Positions 1 to 11,734 of a DNA stretch of 64,000 nt are shown piece after piece. The DNA lies in contig OZ024740.1 of NCBI GenBank assembly GCA_964016885.1, positions 421,972,001 through 422,036,000 on the forward strand. Reading direction: 5' to 3'. Each line of letters starts with the position of its first letter. Within the stretch, counting starts at the first letter, position 1. The notes under the pieces were generated by a model. The model ran no database searches and had not been told where the DNA came from. It saw only the letters and a program-made list of their open reading frames with translations. The stretch is from Eledone cirrhosa (lineage: Eukaryota). The position numbers and the translations under genes are program-made.

Positions 1-2530
1 TCGTTCCTCTCTAGTCTGCGTATATCCTCTGCACACAATGCCCAGGTCTCACTGCCATGCAACATTGCTGTTCGTATGCAGGCATCGTACAACCTGCCTT
101 TCATTTTTAGGGAGAACCCTTTAGCAGCTAATAGTGGTATAAGCTCTCTGAACTTTTTCCAACCAGTTCTGACTCTAGCTACTGTACTTTCAGAGCAGCC
201 TCCCCCACTGCTGATTTTATCGCCCAGGTAACGGAAGCTGTCCACTATTTCTATAGAACCCTCTGCGCAATTGAAAGAGCTAGTATTTTGTGGGCACTTG
301 CTGCTACTTATTGCACCAGAACACCGGCCACATGTAAAATCTATGTTCTTAGTTAGCTTACCTGTGATCCCACTACATCTTTTATGCACTCATACTTTGC
401 ATTTAGGACATAAAATGGAGTTTATACCTACGCCTTTCCTACACACCGAGCACGACCATTTCCCAGAAGGGACCGCCGCCTTGTTTTCTTTCCTACAAAC
501 TAGAACTTTAGTCTTAGCCAGGTTAATTTTAAGTCCTTTTGACTCTAGGCCGTGCTTCCATGTTTTGAATTTCTTCTCTAGTTCAGCCATTGATTCCGCT
601 ATGAGTGTCAGGTCGTCTGCGTATAGGAGTTCCCATGGGCAGCCTGTCTTGAACTCCTCTGTTATAGCCTGAAGGGCAATAATAAATAGTAGGGGGCTGA
701 GAACAGAGCCCTGATGGACGCCAACTTTTACGCTAAACTCTTCACTATATTCGTTGTTAATTCTAACCTTGCTGACTGTTTCTTTATACATGGCTTGTAT
801 AGCCCTCACAAGCCATTCGTCAACGCCTAGTTTTCTAAGAGCCCACCAGATAATGGAGCGGGGGACTCTGTCGAAGGCTTTCTCCAAGTCGACAAAAGCT
901 AAGTAGAGGGGTTTACCTTTAGCTAGGTACTTCTCCTGTAGTTGTCGTACTATGAAAAGAGCGTCTGTGGTACTTTTGCCTGACACAAACCCGAACTGCA
1001 TTTCATCTAGGTCAATTCTCTCTCTGATTAGTTGCGCTATTACTTTTTCCGTGACCTTCATGACCTGGTCGATTAATTTAATGCCTCTATAGTTACTCCT
1101 ATCTAGGGCGTCTCCTTTACCCTTATAACAGTTAACGATGATGCTGCTATGCCAGTCCTTCGGAACAACCCCATTCTGTACGACTTGGTTAACTATGCGG
1201 GTGACCATGGTGTGTCCCACCGTGCCAGATGCCTTCAGCATCTCAGCAACTATTTCCGAAGGCCCAGCCGCCTTACCCGTCTTCATATCCTTGATTGCCT
1301 TACTTATTATACTCCCCTCGACTAACACTGCTGGTCCCTCTATTGGGTCGATATGGGGGAGACTGTCTTTCTCCCATTTATTCTCCTCATTTAGTAGCCT
1401 TTCATAGTGACACTTCCAAGCTACCTTCTTATCAGCGTCGGTGATGGCAAGTGTGCCATCGTCGTTTAGTACACACTTATCCCCGACAATATCACGATTT
1501 TCCTTGACGCATTGCCTAGCAATCCTGAACACCTCACGTTTTTGGTCCTCGCGTTGTAGAACATGCTTGAACTTTCTTTCCTCTGCTTCCCTTCTTGCTA
1601 AGTACACTTGTCTCCTAGCTTCCCTCCTGGCCACTTGATAGTCTTCTCTACTTCCCCCATCCCGCCATACTTTCCAAGCCTGCTTTTTGGCCTTAATTGA
1701 CCCCTCCACTTTACTGTTCCACCACCGTGTTACTCTCCTCCTGCCTACAGGCCTGCTCCAGCCACAGACTTCGTCTGTCGCCATCAGCAGGTTTGCTTTC
1801 AGAAATTCCCACTGTCCCTCTATATTGCCCGACTGTAAATGTTCTTCCTTACTGTCGAAAGCATCAAGTAATATGCTTTGAAATTTATTTCTGGCTGTGG
1901 GGTCCTTTAGCTTCCATATTTTTCTCCTGAGGATAGTCCTCTTCTGCTGTCGAGTACGTCTCGTCCTGACTATGAGGTTGCTAATTATCAGTCTATGTTG
2001 GGAGGTGCATTCTTCATGGGGGAGGGATTTAGTGTTTACGACAGACACTCTGTCACGTCTTCTGGTAAGGATATAATCTAGCTGGCTTGTGTGTTCCCCG
2101 GATCTATAGGTGATCAGGTGATTGTCACGTTTTTTGAAGTTAGTGTTACAGATAGTTAGGTTATTTGCATCACAGAATTCCATGTTTCTGGAGCCTTCCT
2201 CATTTCTAGTACCAAACCCATAGCCTCCATGGATTTCGTCGTAGCCGTCACAATGTTGTCCAACGTGACCATTTAGGTCGCCTGCAATAATTATATAGTC
2301 ACTGTCGGATATTTGGGAGGTAGTTAGCATCACTGTCTCATAGAATCTGTCTTTTATAGTGCCGGGCAGTCCGGATTGGGGTGCGTACGCAGATATTACT
2401 GTCACCGTAGTTCTATTGAGGACAAGTCGTATTTTAATTATTCTGACGTTCACTCTATTTACGTCTATTATCTTATCTGCCCACTTTTCTGCTACCATGA
2501 TTCCTACTCCACCTAGCCCATCGTTGTTTC
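1..2530 (-). mobile_element. RTE-clade non-LTR retrotransposon, copy 1 (5'-truncated at ~2530, runs off the window start)
   Basis: Reverse complement of copy 2 from ~8193 onward. APE motifs (GDLNGHVG, TSQLDYIL, SQHRLI) and RT motifs (YRGIKL, QFGF, DLEKAFDRV, GVHQGSVLSPLLF, YADD). Homology to copy 2 stops at 2530, next to a (TA)n tract. Confidence 0.95.
390..2498 (-). pseudogene. APE-RT ORF of RTE copy 1, with premature TGA (Trp to stop) at 390-392
   Basis: 702-aa ORF ends at CPKCKV*, where copy 2 reads CPKCKVWVHKRC. Homology to copy 2 continues beyond the stop to position 1. Confidence 0.9.
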
Positions 2531-2709
2531 ATGTATATATATATAACAAAGCAAGTGTTTTTGTTTTAAAGACAGCGAGCGAAGTTTGAAATTGAATTAG
2601 AAATAGAAGCTTTCACCATATTTTGACTAAAGAAAATTAGCCTGATAGTGGGGTTTAAAACCTTCTAAATGGAAAAGGATAAGTATTGACGTACATTATA
2701 TATATATAA

Positions 2710-2945
2710 TCATCATCTAATATCCACTTCCCTTGCTAGCAAGGGTTGGATGAGACTACATAGTCAAAGTGAGTACAGAAGTGGGAAGGGATTGAGGGAC
2801 ATTAACCCTCACCTCAGTACTGATTTCGATTATGTAGACCCATCCAACCCTTGCTAGCAGAGAAAGTAGACACAAAACAATGATGACAATGGTATATCAT
2901 CATCATTATTTCACATTCATTTTCCCATGCTAGCATGGGTTTGTC
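2710..2945. mobile_element. Three short RTE/SINE 3'-tail fragments, the first two in inverted orientation
   Basis: CCTTGCTAGCAAGGGTTGGATG (minus), CCATCCAACCCTTGCTAGCAG...ATGATGA (plus) and CCCATGCTAGCATGGG (minus). Each has a (GAT)n/(ATC)n-like tail resembling the LINE end at 11370-11424. Confidence 0.55.
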
Positions 2946-2989
2946 CCTTTGTGAGACAAGCCAGGTCAGATGACCATACAGAACTGCAC

Positions 2990-2994
<5 letters not shown>

Positions 2995-3023
<29 letters not shown>
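2995..3023. repeat. (CT)n microsatellite
   Basis: Directly visible. Confidence 0.95.
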
Positions 3024-3026
<3 letters not shown>

Positions 3027-3084
3027 ATCATCAATAATTGCCAAACTACTAATGCCACTGGAATACACCCATGCATTCTGCATA

Positions 3085-3415
3085 TGGTGGCACTGGCCCC
3101 ATGGCAAAATACACACAGCCCACCATGTAAAGTGGTAGTGATGGTGTCACAATAAAACACACCCAGCCCACCATGTAAAGTGGTAGTGCTGGTCCCACAA
3201 TAAAAAACCTAGCCCTCCCTGTAAAGGGGTAGTGGTGGTGCCACCGTAAAATGCACTAAGCCACTCTGTAAAGGGGTAGTAGTGGTGCCATAGTAAAATG
3301 TACCCAACCCTCCATGTAAAGGGGTAGTGCTGGTGCAATAGTAAAATGCACCCAGACACGGTTCACTTTGTAAAGTGATTGGCGTTAGGAAGAGCATCTA
3401 GCCATAGAAACTATA
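3085..3415 (+). repeat. ~47-bp tandem repeat (about 6 units) derived from the RTE 3'UTR
   Basis: TGTAAAG recurs at 3126, 3174, 3220, 3267, 3315 and 3369. It is followed by TTGGCGTTAGGAAGAGCATCTAGCCATAGAAA, homologous to the 3'UTR at ~11270-11300. Confidence 0.8.
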
Positions 3416-3544
3416 GTAAAATTGAGGCGTGTGCAGGATGTGATCATCATATCTGTCTACTCTCTCACTCACACTTACGATGAATGGGCTTTTACAGGGT
3501 TTCTGTTGAGCATGACATATAGTTCTGTTAATAGATAAAACATC

Positions 3545-3655
3545 AGGCTGGGTGCTTTTTGTTGTGACACCTACACAACCACTTTACAGTGTGGACTGGG
3601 TGCTTTTTCTTGTGGCACCAACACGACCACATGCCAGTGTGGACTGGGTGCTTTT
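3545..3655 (-). repeat. About 2.5 tandem copies of the same RTE 3'UTR unit, opposite strand
   Basis: CTGGGTGCTTTT occurs three times with ~48-bp spacing; CCACTTTACAGTGTGG matches the 3'UTR unit. Confidence 0.65.
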
Positions 3656-4571
3656 AGTCATGACATTGTTCTCTATTACAAAATGTGTCTTACCTATACA
3701 ACAAAGCTGTGTAAATGCTATGTTAATAAATAGGGAAACATCTAGAAAGCCAGCAAAATCATCTGAGTGTGATGGGATGGTATTTGAACAATCTAAAAAT
3801 GATAGAAACAGACATACTTTTAAAACAAATCAATATTTAAAAATTGGAAGTAAACAAAGGAAGACAATAAAAATCACTTTGTTAATCAAGAAATTGAGAA
3901 AGAGAAGAGACTCAATATACACATATATATAAAATATATATTGTTAATGATAAAACAGAAGACTCAATATACATACACCTAACAACCTGTCTAACCCAAG
4001 CAAATGTGGAACATAGACATTAAACAGTGGTGATGATGATGATAGATAGATTGGCCTAATACTTAACATGGCTTGTTGTTTTAATTAATCATTAAAGAAT
4101 GGAATATTAAGTCAAACTCAGTATGATTTGTTCAAAGACAGGGCAGATGGCTACAAATTTATGTGGATATATATATATATATAGTCAATTATACCAATTA
4201 GTGACCACACAGAGACACTAGATTTTGTTTCACAGATCATCGGTGGTTCAACAAACCTATGATCAAAGCCATTCCAGATTTGACAAATACTAATATCAAA
4301 CCCAACAATACTCTCCCTCACATAAATTAAGTTGTTTTAAGAAGCCTACATACGCAGACAGTTTGGTTGTTGTTTAAGACACACCAGGCTCCATATTTAG
4401 TTGGTAAGACACCGTAGACACCATATCTAGTTGTTAGAAACCATAGACACTATATCTAATAGGTTGTGTGATCACATAGATGGTCTCTTGTTCATGTGGG
4501 GTAAGTTAATTTTGCAATTATTTAAATGACACAAGGTATAACATCCTTTGTAACTGATACTGTGTATGTAT

Positions 4572-4848
4572 GGAGGCACATGGCTTAGTGGTTAGAGCAT
4601 TGGCCTTGCAATCGAAAGGTTGTGAGTTCAATTCTCAGACTGGGTGATGTGTTGTTTCCTTGAGCAAGACACTTTATTTCACTGTAAAGTGGTCGTGGAG
4701 GTGCCATGGCAAAAAAAGCACCCAGCACTCACTGTAAATGAGGTTGGTGTTAGGAAGGGCATCCAGCTGTAGAAATCAAGCCAGAATCAGTTCCCGTCCC
4801 ACCCTTGCAAGCAGGGAAAAAGCGGACGTAAAATGAAATGATGAAGAT
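4572..4848 (+). mobile_element. tRNA-derived SINE with a CORE-like body and an RTE-derived 3' tail
   Basis: A box TGGCTTAGTGG, B box GAGTTCAATTC, CCTTGAGCAAGACACTT (CORE-like, recognised from memory), then GGTTGGTGTTAGGAAGGGCATCCAGCTGTAGAAA and GGACGTAAAATGAAATGATGA shared with the LINE 3'UTR. Confidence 0.8.
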
Positions 4849-4869
4849 ACGTGTGTGTGCATCATACAG

Positions 4870-5995
4870 TCAATCCTTCACTCTGAGAGAAGTCCTGATA
4901 TTAGCTGAGGTACTAGCTCCTTAAACTTCTTCTAGCCTCTTCTAACTCTAGCTACTATACTATTTAAGCATCATTCTCTATTCCTGATCAGGTCACTTAG
5001 GTAGCGAACGCTGTCAACTACTTCTAAGGAGCAGCCATGACAATTTAAGGAATCTATACTGTTAATGCTTATTTCTTCTATACATCTGCTGCATATAAAG
5101 GCTATCTTTTCAGTCAACCTACCAGTAATTCCACTTGTGTGTCTATAGATTACACTACATGCACCTGTCTACCCCTTTTTGACATATTGAACAGGACTAC
5201 TTCCCTGATGGTACTAAGTTTCTGTCCTCTTTCCAACTTTATAGTCTTCAGTGAGTTTACTTTTAGGTCTTTTGATTATAGGGTTTCTTCTGTTAGGAAT
5301 TTCGCTTCCAATTCTTCCATGGCTTCAACAATAAGGGAACACCTTCTAGTTTGCTCCAATCTTCAAGATTCATGCACACTTAACACCCCAGGCAAGGCTG
5401 TGTCCAACACTGGGTGTGGTGTAGCGACTCGATAAGAAGCCATATGGGCTAAGTCATCAGCATACAGGAGTTCCTATGGAATGCTGGTTTAAATCTCATT
5501 TGTTAAGGCTTGAAGAAAAATTATAAATAGAAAGGGACAGAGCCCTGGTAGATCCCCACCTGCACATTAAATTCATCATTGTCCTCATTGCCAACTCTTA
5601 CCTTGTAGGTTGTACCTCTATACGTAACTTGTACAGCCCCCATGAGCCATTTGTCTACACCTAGCTTACTTAGAGCCCACCAAATTAGAGATGAGCACCC
5701 TATCAAAGGCCTTCTTCAGATCCACAAAGGCCAGGTAGAAAGGCTTACTCTCACCTTAGTAGGTCTACAGATGTCTCACCAGAAAAAGTGGCATGAATAA
5801 TAAAGCCGAGTTTGTAGTTTGATTTTCTCCCTAATTAGTTTTACTGTAACCCTTTCAGTAACTTTCATGAACTGGTCTCTCAATTTGATGTCTCTGTAGT
5901 TACCTCTCTCTAGTGCTTCACCTTCGGCCTTCTAACAGTTCACAATGATACTACTGTGCCAGTCATTGGATATGACACCATTCTATACTATGCAT
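4870..5995 (-). mobile_element. Old, degenerate RTE RT fragment
   Basis: ORF 5521-5706 reads LIWWALSKLGVDKWLMGAVQ...VGIYQGSV, like the young copies. Many stops and indels. Confidence 0.85.
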
Positions 5996-6219
5996 CTGAT
6001 TAGCTTGTAATTTACGATGCCACTTTTAACATCTGCATTCCCTGCTAGCAAAGGATTGACTACATCTAACAGACTAAATAAGCTACTGACCTCTCTGATG
6101 GGCTGGGGACCCGAAACTCTCTTAGGTTTCAGTAATCTACCAAGTGTACTGGGTACGTTTATCCTGTAGGTCACCAACACTAAAGAGGTTTTGCCCCTGA
6201 CACAACTGAAGAATCGTCT

Positions 6220-7070
6220 TGACACATTTTAGCATGTCTTCTACAGCTGGATGCCCTTCTTGTCACCAACCACATTACTGGGTGTACAGGATGCATATTT
6301 TGTGGTACAAGCACTAGAGAGGTTCCATATAACAGGAGGATCTTGTCAACCCTATTGGGCCTGGATTCTACAGCTGGAAGCCCTTCCTCATACCAACCAC
6401 TTTACAACAAAGTGCGCTGAATGAGTTTTATTGACAACAACACTAGGGGAGCTGTTGGTAACGGGACCAGAGGAAAACCTCTCCTGTTCTGCCTTATGGA
6501 GGGGATATGATGGGTATATCATGGGTAAATGACAAGAGTTTAAAGGGGAGAGTGGTAAATTTAATGTCATGAGTGTGGGATTCAAGTTGTGACATGAGAG
6601 GTGGAGAAGGAATAAAAAGCATTTCATATGTGAGACGGAGTTTGCCAGGAGAGAGGGTGGGCAGTGGGTACAGTGATTGTGAAAGTAGTTTCTAAGGAAT
6701 TATCAGAGGGGATGACGTTTTTACGTTGATTGTCAAGTCTTCTCCAGTACAACATGTCACCAATTGCGGTCCTTTGTTATGTGATTCAGTTTCCAAAGGT
6801 CAGTCTTCACTACTTCCTCTCATTTCTTCCTAGGTATACCTCTTCTATGAGTCCCATCTACTCAGATTCCTCTGCATTTCTTATACAGCTGTCATCTTCT
6901 TCCATATGCACTACATGTCCATACCATTGCACGCTGCATCCAATTCCTCTTGTTACCTCAGCTCACTTATACAACCCCACCAACTTATATTACACATCCA
7001 CCAGAACATACTAACTTCATTTCTTTCTAGCTTTCACAGGCCTTCTGCAATCAAGGCCCATGTCTCTGCC
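6220..7070 (-). mobile_element. Degenerate RTE 3' end (two 3'UTR motif copies plus a decayed C-terminal ORF)
   Basis: CTACAGCTGGATGCCCTTC at ~6241 and a variant at ~6368. TGTCCATACCATTGCA (RWYGH-like on minus) at ~6916. Confidence 0.55.
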
Positions 7071-7075
7071 GTGTG

Positions 7076-7120
7076 TGTCTGAGGATCCCATAAGTACACA
7101 AGTGAAAACCCAAAGTAACA
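7076..7120 (+). ncRNA. Degenerate minimal hammerhead ribozyme (family A)
   Basis: TGT CTGAGGA ... GAAA ACCCAAAG TA ACA, followed by AGACTCA as in the 12656 copy. Stems II and III are decayed. Confidence 0.45.
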
Positions 7121-7142
7121 AGACTCATCAATTAGCTATAAT

Positions 7143-7286
7143 TAGCTATAATTGTTTCTACTTTTGGCACAAGGCCAGCAATTACCCAGTACATTACTGG
7201 TACTTTATTTTATCGACCCCGTAAGGATGAAAGGCAAAGTTAACCTTGGCGGGATTTGAACTCAGAATGGCAAGGGCCGTAACTCT
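7143..7286 (-). mobile_element. 5'-truncated tRNA-SINE (conserved GCCTTTCATCC...GGTCGATAAA domain) with a 16-bp target-site duplication (TSD)
   Basis: Minus strand has B box GAGTTCAAATCCC and TTTGCCTTTCATCCTTACGGGGTCGATAAAATAAAGTACCAG. TSD ATCAATTAGCTATAAT at 7127-7142 and 7287-7302. Confidence 0.85.
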
Positions 7287-7734
7287 ATCAATTAGCTATA
7301 ATAAAGAATATCATATATATATATATATATATATATATACAGTTGTATGGTTGCATGAAAAGTTTGTCCGTAGGTGGTAAGTCGGTTGAGCACTCGGTGA
7401 CGAATTCATATACTAAGCATATCTGACGACCTTTCGATTACAGTCAGGGTCAATCTATAATAGGTCTTGCCTTGAGCTGATCGATACTGAATCCTTGTTC
7501 CTTATCCTTATAGGATATATATACACACACACACACATATATATATGCATTATTATCATCATTTAATGCTCAACGGAGTTGTTTGGGCCTATTTAAGTGG
7601 GACTACTGACCACAGAGAGAGGCCAGAGGTCCACATCCCAGTTACAGTCCAACACCCTACCGAGTGCATTTTATTGTGATGTAGAGGATGCCGGTCCTAC
7701 CAACCCTTTGTTTGCATGTATATAAATATATGAT

Positions 7735-7776
<42 letters not shown>

Positions 7777-7864
7777 CCTACATATACTACCTGATACGTC
7801 CATCACATATATACTCTAACGTGTATATATGCAATGAACTCTGCATTTATTTTCGTTTTCTTGC

Positions 7865-7929
<65 letters not shown>

Positions 7930-7930
<1 letters not shown>

Positions 7931-10900
7931 CACTCCTCTTTGTTTCGTCCGCGGATGGCTAACATAACCCTATCTCCTCCCGCCCCCCACCACCCCCACC
8001 CTCCAAACGCAACCCAAAACTTCAGAGTTGGTACCATAAATGTAGGCACCCTAAAGGGTCGCGCTAACGAGGTTGTAGAAATGCTTGAACGTAAGGAGGT
8101 CGATGTTTGTTGTATTCAAGAGACCAGGTGGAGGGGTGGGTCTGCTAGATTCATTGAGGGTAAAAAACGATGTTATAAGCTTTTCTGGGTGGGAAACGAC
8201 GATGGGCTGGGTGGAGTAGGAATCATGGTAGCAGAAAAGTGGGCAGATAAGATAATAGACGTAAATAGAGTGAACGACAGAATAATTAAAATAAGACTTG
8301 TCCTCAATAGAACTACGGTGACAGTAATATCTGCGTACGCACCCTAATCCGGACTGCCCGGCACTATAAAAGACAGATTCTATGAGACACTGTTGCTAAC
8401 TACCTCCCAAATATCTGACAGTGACTATATAATTATTGCAGGCGACCTAAATGGTCACGTTGGACAACATTGTGACGGCTACGACGAAATCCATGGAGGC
8501 TATGGGTTTGGTACTAGAAATGAGGAAGGCTCCAGAATTCTGGAATACTGTGATGCAAATAACCTAACTATCTGTAACACTAACTTCAAAAAACGTGACA
8601 ATCACCTGATTACCTATAGATCCGGGGAACACACAAGCCAGGTAGATTATATCCTTACCAGAAGACATGACAGAGTGTCTGTTGTAAACACTAAATCCCT
8701 CCCCCATGAAGAATGCACCTCCCAACATAGACTGATAATTAGCGACCTCATAGTCAGGACGAGACGTACCCGACAGCAGAAGAGGACTATCCTCAGGAGG
8801 AAAATATGGAAACTAAAGGACCCCACAGCCAGAAATAAATTTCAAAGCATATTACTTGATGCTTTCGACAGTAAGGAAGAGCATCTAGAATCGGACAATA
8901 TAGAGGGACAGTGGAAATTTCTGAAAGCAAACCTGCTGTTGGCGACAGACGAAGTCTGTGGCTGGAGCAGGCCTGTAGGCAGGAGGAGAGTAACATGGTG
9001 GTGGAACAATAGGGTGGAGGGGTCAATTAAGGCCAAAAAGCAGGCTTGGAAAGTATGGCGGGATGGGGGAAGTAGAGTAGACTATCAAGTGGCCAGGAGG
9101 GAAGCTAGGAGAGAAGTGTACTTAGCAAGAAGGGAAGCAGAGGAAAGAAAGTTCAAGCATGTTCTACAACGCGATGACCAAAAACGTGAGGTGTTCAGGA
9201 TTGCCAGGCAATGCGTCAAGGAAAACCGTGATATTGTCGGGGAGAAGTGTGTACTTAACGATGATGGCATACTTGCCATCACCGACACTGATAAGAAGGT
9301 AGCTTGGAAGTGTCACTATGAAAGGCTACTAAATGAGGAGAATAAATGGGAGAAAGACAGTCTCCCCCATATCGACCCGATAGAGGGACCAGCAGTGTTA
9401 GTCGAGGGGAGTATAATAAGTAAGGCAATCAAGGATATGAAGACTGGTAAGGCGGCTGGGCCTTCGGAAATAGTTGCTGAGATGCTGAAGGCATCTGGCA
9501 CGGTGGGACACACCATGGTCACCCGCATAGTTAACCAAGTCGTACAGAATGGGGTTGTTCCGAAGGACTGGCATAGCAGTATCATCGTTAACTGTTATAT
9601 GGGTAAAGGAGACGCCCTAGATAGGAGTAACTATAGAGGCATTAAATTAATCGACCAGGTCATGAAGGTCACGGAAAAAGTAATAGCGCAACTAATCAGA
9701 GAGAGAATTGATCTAGATGAAATGCAGTTCGGGTTTGTGTCAGGCAAAAGCACCACAGACGCTCTTTTCATAGTACGACAACTACAGGAGAAGTACCTAG
9801 CTAAAGGTAAACCCCTCTACTTAGCTTTTGTCGACCTGGAGAAAGCCTTCGACAGAGTCCCCCGCTCCATTATCTGGTGGGCTCTTAGAAAACTAGGCGT
9901 TGACGAATGGCTTGTGAGGGCTATACAAGCCATGTATAAAGAAACAGTCAGCAAGGTTAGAATTAACAACGAATATAGTGAAGAGTTTAGCGTAAAAGTT
10001 GGCGTCCATCAGGGCTCTGTTCTCAGCCCCCTACTATTTATTATTGCCCTTCAGGCTATAACAGAGGAGTTCAAGACAGGCTGCCCATGGGAACTCCTAT
10101 ACGCAGACGACCTGACCCTCATAGCGGAATCAATGACCGAGCTAGAGAAGAAATTCCAAACATGGAAGCACGGCCTAGAGTCAAAAGGACTTAAAATTAA
10201 CCTGGCTAAGACCAAAGTTCTAGTTTGTAGGAAAGAAAACAAGGCGGCGGTCCCTTCTGGGAAATGGTCGTGCTCGGTATGTAGGAAAGGCGTAGGTAGA
10301 AACTCCATCTTATGTCCTAAATGCAAAGTATGGGTGCATAAAAGATGTAGTGGGATCACAGGTAAGCTAACTAAGAACATAGACTTTACATGTGGCCGGT
10401 GTTCTGGTGCAATAAGTAGCAGCAAGTGCCCACAAAATACTAGCTCTTTCAATTGCGCAGAGGGTTCTATAGAAATAGTGGACAGCTTCCGTTACCTGGG
10501 CGATAAAATCAGCAGTGGGGGAGGGTGCTCTGAAAGTACTGTAGCTAGAGTCAGAACTGGTTGGAAAAAGTTCAGAGAGCTTATACCACTATTAGCTGCT
10601 AAAGGGTTCTCCCTAAAAATGAAAGGCAGGTTGTACGATGCCTGCATACGAACAGCAATGTTGCATGGTAGTGAGACCTGGGCATTGTGTGCAGAGGATA
10701 TACGCAGACTAGAGAGGAACGAAGCTTGCATGCTCCGCTGGATGTGTAACAGTAATATACGTGAACGGCAAAGCATAAACGAACTAAGGAAAAAATTAGA
10801 GATAAGAGGGATCAGATGTTGTTTACTCGAGAGAAGGCTGCGTTGGTATGGACACGTGATGCGCATGAAAGTCGATAGCTGTATTACAAAGTGCAGGGCA

Positions 10901-11424
10901 ATAAAGATAGACGGTAGCCACGGAATAGGCAGACCTAGAAAAATATGGGATGAGCTGATAAACTCCGACCTCACACACTTACACCTCTCCAAGACAATGT
11001 CACTGGACCGTGACCTTTGGCGGTACTCAGTAACAGAGAAGACCCGCCTTGCCAGTAGGCATCTCTAACAAACTACACCCCGTCCCGCCACCACCCCCAC
11101 CCCATCCACACCACCCCGTTCTATGTAAAGTTATGTTGGTGCCGCGCCATCCAGGCCGAAACAAATGAGATCGTGTAGGTGTCACGACAAAAAAACACAC
11201 AGTCCACGCTGTAATGTGGCCGTGTAGGCAACACGGTAAAAACCTCCCAGACCCACACTGTAAATGTGGTTGGTGTTAGGAAGGGCATCCAACTGTAGAA
11301 AACCTGCCAGACAGTCCTATGCGAGCAAGACAATCACTCTTGCCTCAAGTGGGACTACCCCCGTCCAAACCCATGCAAGCGTGGAACACGGACGTTAAAC
11401 GTTGATGATGATGATGATGATGAT
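7930..11424 (+). mobile_element. Near full-length RTE-clade LINE, copy 2, inserted in (TA)n
   Basis: Single APE-RT frame, ~350-bp 3'UTR ending GGACGTTAAACGTT(GAT)n, and (TA)n on both sides. Confidence 0.97.
7955..11068 (+). pseudogene. RTE APE-RT polyprotein (~1037 codons) with one in-frame TAA at 8345-8347
   Basis: ORFs 7940-8347 and 8393-11068 are in the same frame. Copy 1 has CAA (SAYAPQSG) at the stop position. Motifs include GTINVGTL, CIQETRW, YADD, FRYLG, RLRWYGHV and GRPRKIW. Confidence 0.93.
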
Positions 11425-11542
11425 ATATATATATATATATATGTGTGTGTGTAATACACACACTACGTGTTAAGTTTATGCATATATACACGTTAGGATA
11501 TATATGCGATGAACTCGATATCTATTTTTGTTCTTGCATGTT

Positions 11543-11572
11543 CAAGCAGGGAAAAGCGGACGTATGATGATG

Positions 11573-11574
<2 letters not shown>
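11543..11574 (+). mobile_element. Extremely 5'-truncated RTE/SINE tail (~32 bp)
   Basis: CAAGCAGGGAAAAGCGGACGTA(TGA)n matches the SINE end at 4808-4845. Confidence 0.7.
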
Positions 11575-11605
<31 letters not shown>

Positions 11606-11734
11606 CACGTGTGTATATAAATATATATACACATACTACCTGATAAGTTCATGGCATATATACCATAATGATGCTCTTAATTCGAAATAATAATGATTTC
11701 TTAGAGACATCAGGTGATATATTTTAGGAAAGAG

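Noticed and set aside
271-1930. ORFs antisense to the RTE ORFs (also 8793-10992)
   Set aside because: Shadow frames of the LINE coding strand with no independent motifs.
4365-4460. Three degenerate ~30-bp tandem units; also local duplications at 14068-14300
   Set aside because: Ordinary short slippage duplications with no further structure.
4572-4645. Possible tRNA gene
   Set aside because: A and B boxes are present but there is no acceptor stem, and it continues into SINE body and tail.
7380-7520. CTGACGA at ~7422, CTGATGA at ~13149 and CTGAAAA…GAAAC at ~16844 as additional hammerheads or SECIS elements
   Set aside because: No correctly placed GAAA, stem III or stem I pairing could be built by eye.
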